Shown here piece by piece: positions 55,352 through 64,000 of a stretch of 64,000 nucleotides of DNA; within the stretch, counting starts at the first letter, position 1; each line of letters opens with the position of its first letter. A model generated the notes under the pieces. The model was not told the DNA's origin and searched no databases. It saw only the letters and a program-made list of their open reading frames with translations. Both the position numbers and the translations under genes were made by a program. The stretch covers positions 224,001 to 288,000 of the forward strand of contig JBPOGI010000005.1 of NCBI GenBank assembly GCA_051251855.1, given 5' to 3'. The DNA comes from Roseibacillus sp. (GTDB lineage: Bacteria > Verrucomicrobiota > Verrucomicrobiia > Verrucomicrobiales > Akkermansiaceae).

Positions 55352-58141
55352 ATGATGAAGAGTGTATTTCTACTGCTCGCGAGTGCCCATCTTGTCCTTG
55401 GGCAAGCGACGGTCGTGACGTGTTTCGACGAAGCGCACGAAGAAGGGTTGCCGACGATTGGCATTATTCCCGTCGAAGACTATCAGAAGGCGACTGCAGA
55501 AGTTGAGCGCCTCCAGCGTGAACTGGATGCGGTTCAAAAGAAGCAAGAGAGCCGCAAGCGGGTGGCTGCGGTCGTTGCGGAGCAAAAGAAGATGGTGCAG
55601 GCTCTGCGCAATGAGCTGAATGCCGCCAAGAAGGAGGATGGAGACGCGGGCAAAAAGACAGACTTTGCGAAGAGAGAGAAGGCCTTGGTGGAGAAGGTGA
55701 ATCGCATCGAGCGGGAGCGCAACCAGGCAACGGAACAACTTCAAAAGCGAGTGGATAGTCTTCAGTTAGACTTTGGCCGTAAGCAGGACGGATGGGAGCG
55801 GAAGCTCCTCTCGGTCGAAAAGGAGCGCGATGAGGCGATTAGCAAGATTGAGGCTTATGATAGGAAGTGGGAAACGGCTCGTCAGGCTTGGAAGCTGTCG
55901 GTGGAGAAGTGGAATCAAGATGCGGAGCAGGCGGTTCGCCGCGCGCAGAGGGCGGAAGCTCAGAAGGCGGTGGCGAATACTGCTCGCCTAGCGGCGGATT
56001 GGCAGGCCGAGCGAAAGCTTTTGGAAGCAAAGGTCGTGGAGTCGGAGGCTAAGCGGATTGCCGACGGCAAGGCTTGGGAAGAGTCTGCGGAGGACTGGCG
56101 CCTGAGAGCAGCAGCAGCGGTGCGCGCCTCGAATGTGAGAAACGCGCAAGCGGCAGTCGCAAATACGGCTCAATTGGCAGAGGCTTGGCAAAACGAGCGA
56201 AATGAACTGGAAGCGCAAGTGAAAGAGATGTCGGCCACGCTGGCCAAGTTAGAAGGCCAGTTGGGAGTGCAAGGTTTTGAAGACAAGCAAGCGGAGGTTT
56301 TGCGTTTGGGGTTGATGCAGAAGTCGCAGGCGCTGGAAGACCTCGGGTCGGATGCCTCGAAGTTGGCGATGGAGTGGAAGAATGAACGTGAGGAGTCTCG
56401 CCGCGAACTCGACGCTATGCGTGACCTCTACAAATCGACAGCGCGGGATGTGAAAACACGCGACCAGAGAGTTCGGCAATTGGATACAGCGCTCGCCAAT
56501 AAGAACAAGGCGTTGGACGGTCTTGCAATCGAGGCTGGTAAGCTCTCTGAGAGTTGGAAAGAGCAGCGAGGAGGATTGCAGAAGAAGATTGCGAGTTTGG
56601 AGAAGCAGTTGGGTGTTTGTCAGGGCAAGCTCAAAGAAGCGGTGAAGAAAGAGAAGGCAGCCCAATCGCAGATAAAGAAAGTAGCAGAGAAGAAGAATGA
56701 CCTTCAGGTAAGTGCCAAGCTAAAGGAGCAGTTGGCAGTGGCTGCGGACCTGCAAGGGAAGCTGGCACTAGCGAAGCAGACGGAAGATAAGCTTAAAACG
56801 AATTTTGCGCAGTTGAGAGGCGAAGTCACTGAGCTGAAGCTTACCATCAGCGAATACAAGAGTCAGAAAGAGGCAGATGCGAAAGCGATTGCAGCTCTCC
56901 AAGCTGAACTCAAGCAGGTCAAAGAGAGCCACGCCGCGACCGAGCAGAAGCTGGCGTCAGCTAATGAGGTTGTCAAAAAGACACAGCTGGAAGCCAAGAA
57001 TTTGCAGCAGAAGTCTCAGGATCTTGAGCGTCAGCTAGCGGTTGCCAAGAAAGAATTAGCCACAGCCCGCAAGCAGGCGGAAGCGAACGAGAAGGTGAAG
57101 GCCGAGGCGGCTGCGAAGGCGGCTCAGGTGGAGAATCTGGAAAATCAGTTGGGTCGTTTGGCAGTGGCGCAACAGGAGTTGGAAGGTACTTTGATTGCAA
57201 CCTTAGGAGATTTTGAAAAGCTTCAGAAGTCCTACATTGAGTTGAAATCGAAATCTGCTGACGGAGGAGAAGCGGCCAAGCAAGCGATCGCAGCTCGTAA
57301 GGCTGCAGAGGCAGAACTCCTCAAGGTAAAGGAAAAGTTGAAGGGTGAAGAGGCGAATCTGCGGGAAGCAAAAGCACAGGTTCAGCAAGTGGAAGAGAAG
57401 AGGAAGGCTGCGGAAGCCGAGGCTAAGGCGGCTGCGGAAGCGGGGAAGGCGGCCTTGGGAAAGTGTAAAGTCGAGTTGCAGAAAGTACTTCGCGAGATGG
57501 GCGAATTGCAGCTCAAGCAAGGAAAGCTTGTGAAGGAAAAGGCGGCTGCTGAAAAGGGGAAAGAGGCCTTTTTAAAATGTGAAGCCGAATTGGAGAAGCT
57601 ACGTGGCGAAATGGGTGCGCTGCAGCTCGAGCGGGAAAAGCTAGTCAAGGAGACGGCGGCTGCGGAAAAGGCAGCTGCGGAAAAGGGGAAGCAGGCTTTG
57701 GCAGAATCTGAAGCGGAGCTACAGAAAGTGCGCCGTGAGGTGGACGGGTTGCGGAAGGGGCAGGAAGAACTCGTTAAGGAGAAGGAAGCTCTTCGCCAGC
57801 GCTTTGTAAATATCGAGCCCGTGCGCTACCAGTTGGCTTCGGCAAATGTGGTAGCTCAGCAACAGCGAGTTTTGGCGGAAGTGAGGCAGGTGTTAGAGGT
57901 TTATCCTAGTGCCAGTTTTTCGATTAAAGGGCACACCTGTAATATCGGCAGTGAAGAAGCCAATCTGAAGCTGAGCGAAGACCGAGCGATGGTTTTGAGA
58001 GATTTCTTAGTGGAGAATGGACTCGAGGAAGAGCGCTTCACGCTGGTGGAAGGCTGTGGAGATACCGAGCCGCAAGCGAGCAACGAGACTGATGAAGGAC
58101 GTCGCCAAAATCGACGGGTTGAAATTGAGATCGTGCAGTAA
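55352..58141 (+). CDS. Long coiled-coil protein with C-terminal OmpA-like peptidoglycan-binding domain
   Basis: Signal peptide, ~770 aa heptad-rich region, GHTCNIG..NLKLSEDRA..RQNRRVEI. Confidence 0.85.
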   Translation: MMKSVFLLLASAHLVLGQATVVTCFDEAHEEGLPTIGIIPVEDYQKATAEVERLQRELDAVQKKQESRKRVAAVVAEQKKMVQALRNELNAAKKEDGDAGKKTDFAKREKALVEKVNRIERERNQATEQLQKRVDSLQLDFGRKQDGWERKLLSVEKERDEAISKIEAYDRKWETARQAWKLSVEKWNQDAEQAVRRAQRAEAQKAVANTARLAADWQAERKLLEAKVVESEAKRIADGKAWEESAEDWRLRAAAAVRASNVRNAQAAVANTAQLAEAWQNERNELEAQVKEMSATLAKLEGQLGVQGFEDKQAEVLRLGLMQKSQALEDLGSDASKLAMEWKNEREESRRELDAMRDLYKSTARDVKTRDQRVRQLDTALANKNKALDGLAIEAGKLSESWKEQRGGLQKKIASLEKQLGVCQGKLKEAVKKEKAAQSQIKKVAEKKNDLQVSAKLKEQLAVAADLQGKLALAKQTEDKLKTNFAQLRGEVTELKLTISEYKSQKEADAKAIAALQAELKQVKESHAATEQKLASANEVVKKTQLEAKNLQQKSQDLERQLAVAKKELATARKQAEANEKVKAEAAAKAAQVENLENQLGRLAVAQQELEGTLIATLGDFEKLQKSYIELKSKSADGGEAAKQAIAARKAAEAELLKVKEKLKGEEANLREAKAQVQQVEEKRKAAEAEAKAAAEAGKAALGKCKVELQKVLREMGELQLKQGKLVKEKAAAEKGKEAFLKCEAELEKLRGEMGALQLEREKLVKETAAAEKAAAEKGKQALAESEAELQKVRREVDGLRKGQEELVKEKEALRQRFVNIEPVRYQLASANVVAQQQRVLAEVRQVLEVYPSASFSIKGHTCNIGSEEANLKLSEDRAMVLRDFLVENGLEEERFTLVEGCGDTEPQASNETDEGRRQNRRVEIEIVQ
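57428..57785 (+). repeat. Three tandem 114-bp (38-aa) intragenic repeats
   Basis: AAAE.GK.A......EL.K...E...L......LVKE units start at 57428, 57542 and 57656; the third has an extra AAAEK duplication. Confidence 0.8.
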
Positions 58142-58195
58142 CCGGATTTGCGGGAGATATTATAGCACCTCTAGAGTCGGCCTTCCGTTTTTGAA

Positions 58196-58912
58196 ATGAT
58201 TTGGTGCTTACATGGAGCCTTGGGACAGTCGGGAGACTGGAATGCATTTTCGCAAGCCATGGCTGAGCGAGGCCAGGCTTGTCGTGGGGTCGAGTTGTGG
58301 CGCTTTTTAGAATGCGAGGGGATTGGTCTGGTAGACTGGGCGGCGGCGTTCAATTCCGAAGTGCGGGCGGCCGGAGAGAAGGAGAATTACCTTGTCGGCT
58401 ATTCGATGGGAGGGCGTCTCGCTTTGCATGCTTTGTTAGATGATCCTGATTTGTGGACGAAGGCGGTGATTGTTTCAGCTCATCCAGGTCTGTGTGATGA
58501 ACAGGAAAAGTTGGAGCGAATGGCGAGCGATGCGGAGTGGGCAGGCTTGGCTTTGACCTCAGATTGGAAGCAGTTTTTGCAAAGGTGGGATACTCAGGCA
58601 GTGTTGCGAGGGAAGTTGGCGGAAGAGCCTGATCCCAGAATGCGGTTGGTCAATCGTCGGCGAGCAATCGCGCGCTCGTTTATGGAGTGGTCGCTTGGAA
58701 AGCAGGAAAATCTGCGAGGGCGTTTGGAAGAGGTGACTTGCCCTGTGCTTTGGCTCACGGGGGAGCTCGATAGGAAGTTTACTTCTTTGGCTCAGGAGGT
58801 TGTTCCTGCATTAGCGCATGGTTGCCACGAATCGCTATCTTCGGTGGGTCATCGTCTGCCTTGGGAGGCGGATGAGTTGTTCGTGAAGTTGGTGGAGGAG
58901 TTTCTGGAGTAG
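58196..58912 (+). CDS. menH: MenH-like alpha/beta hydrolase (SHCHC synthase-like)
   Basis: LHG.LG, VGYSMGGRLALH, SAHPGL, GELDRKF, GH; no other men genes in the window. Confidence 0.6.
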   Translation: MIWCLHGALGQSGDWNAFSQAMAERGQACRGVELWRFLECEGIGLVDWAAAFNSEVRAAGEKENYLVGYSMGGRLALHALLDDPDLWTKAVIVSAHPGLCDEQEKLERMASDAEWAGLALTSDWKQFLQRWDTQAVLRGKLAEEPDPRMRLVNRRRAIARSFMEWSLGKQENLRGRLEEVTCPVLWLTGELDRKFTSLAQEVVPALAHGCHESLSSVGHRLPWEADELFVKLVEEFLE

Positions 58913-59056
58913 CGCGGGTCTCTGACCTGTGAAGGTGGTCCAAGTTGTCTCGGCTTGGTTTTGGTGGCAGGTCACCTGTTGTTTATGGAAGTGATTGCTT
59001 CGGTATGCCCAGCCAAGGAGGCTGGCGTCTCACTTTCAGGTTGGAACCCTAGATGC

Positions 59057-59092
59057 AAAAAACCCGTGCTCCTCTTTGCAAAGAAGCACGGG
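59057..59092 (-). terminator. Rho-independent terminator
   Basis: CCCGTGCT..AGCACGGG stem followed by T6 on the minus strand, after 59136 stop. Confidence 0.8.
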
Positions 59093-59135
59093 CCTAACCA
59101 AACAAGTTGAGTATCCCAAAAAAGTGGTTCGAATT

Positions 59136-60086
59136 CTAAAACTTGTAGACGGCGTCGAGGGTGAATCGGTCTTTAGTGATGTTATCTCCCTCATCGGTGA
59201 GGGCGAACTCGTAGGCGAAGCCAACCGAGAAGTTGTGTCCAATTTTGCTACGGAATCCGAGTCCGATAGTCATGTAGTCTTCTGAACTACTCGCACCCCA
59301 GTTGAGGAGGTCAGCGCCTTCTGAGGGAGCTACAACAGGGACGTTACCTCCCGCTTGGCTGTTGAAGGCCTGATTGCCTGCTCCTTCGTTAAAGACGGTG
59401 AAGTAGTTAAATTCGATCAAGGGGATGAACCAAGGGCAGGTCTCGTAGCTCAAGTGAGCGCTAAAGAAGCCTTGGGTGGAGAAGTCGTCATCAAGGGGGA
59501 TCTGAATACCTGCACCAGAGGCAAACTGAAGGGCATCCCAAGCTTTGACGGTTTGCAAGGTGAGGTTGATGTTGCCACCGCCGTCGCCTTGAAAAACTTC
59601 GTCGCTACCCCAAGGGAACTCGACCATAGCGCTGACACTAGCTGCGAAGGTGTTGGCTGGGTCGAGGATAAAGGCATACTTGAGTCCGCCGCCAATATTG
59701 GCGAAGCCTTCTCCATCCGAGAATGGGCTGTTGCTGCCGGGGTTGAAATCCACGTAACCGTCTTTCATCGCCACGATTGAGAGGCGATCCGAAAGAGCGT
59801 ATTCGAATTGTAATGCGTAGAGTTGGAGGTCACCGCCAAAGGGCTGTTCTCCGAGGAGTTTGAGGTTGATCTGATCCGGGAACTGATGATGCATCGCAAT
59901 GAAGTGCAGCTGAGTACGAGGCACCGCGAGGTCGAAGAGGGTAGGGTTGGTGATGGGCCGAATGAGGTCGGAGAAGGCATCGGGGTTCCCCATCGCAGAT
60001 GTAGGAGCAGGTTCTACGAAGTCAATCGAACCAGCGCTGGCCGCACCAGCGAGGGCGAGGCTAAGGAGTGTGCTTGTTTTATTCAT
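59136..60086 (-). CDS. Putative outer-membrane beta-barrel protein
   Basis: Signal peptide, alternating beta strands, terminal aromatic motif AVYKF; start at ATG 60086. Confidence 0.7.
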   Translation of the reverse strand: MNKTSTLLSLALAGAASAGSIDFVEPAPTSAMGNPDAFSDLIRPITNPTLFDLAVPRTQLHFIAMHHQFPDQINLKLLGEQPFGGDLQLYALQFEYALSDRLSIVAMKDGYVDFNPGSNSPFSDGEGFANIGGGLKYAFILDPANTFAASVSAMVEFPWGSDEVFQGDGGGNINLTLQTVKAWDALQFASGAGIQIPLDDDFSTQGFFSAHLSYETCPWFIPLIEFNYFTVFNEGAGNQAFNSQAGGNVPVVAPSEGADLLNWGASSSEDYMTIGLGFRSKIGHNFSVGFAYEFALTDEGDNITKDRFTLDAVYKF

Positions 60087-60218
60087 TTCTTGTCGTGTTG
60101 TGACGTTCAAGAAAATGTCATGGGTTTGCTATTTTGGCTCAGCGACTTATAGCAAGTGCTGTGCATATTTTGCTGTGGGAGTTTTTCTGAACTAGCGCAG
60201 GGTAGAGCTACCTCGCAG

Positions 60219-64000
<3,782 letters not shown>

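Noticed and set aside
60151..60166. sigma54-like box upstream of the beta-barrel gene (minus strand ATGCAC-AGCAC-TTGCT)
   Set aside because: Lacks the near-invariant GG of the -24 element

Overview
A gene-dense window that most likely comes from a Verrucomicrobiales bacterium. This is inferred from gene style: a sulfatase, an SHD1 domain, 'FYRV'-type C-termini and a PVC-type cytochrome. I found no rRNA, tRNA, CRISPR array or transposase. The most notable element spans ~3.6-24.7 kb and looks like a self-contained gas-sensing regulon. An H-NOX haem sensor, a cytoplasmic PAS hybrid histidine kinase, a stand-alone Hpt protein and a sigma54 (GAFTGA) activator sit next to two consensus sigma54 -24/-12 promoters, at 11491-11506 and 20041-20056. 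Each promoter has an AT-rich IHF-like spacer and a similar pair of upstream boxes. One promoter precedes a 1626-aa thrombospondin-3-repeat exoprotein and an FG-GAP protein. The other precedes GT2, an RND-type adaptor, a TPR-like membrane protein and a 1123-aa GT-C glycosyltransferase, with a divergent TolC-type channel and no inner-membrane ABC/RND pump in the locus. Next comes an operon of three giant signal-peptide proteins of unknown function (1911, 1261 and 1179 aa; 24.7-37.8 kb). The rest is mostly housekeeping or hydrolase genes (rex, rsgA, orphan pdeM, tgt-yajC-secDF, menH-like, GH2 beta-galactosidase, fabV), a ~930-aa coiled-coil OmpA-C protein and several REP-like palindromic elements. 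All family assignments come from reading motifs by eye; no searches were run.
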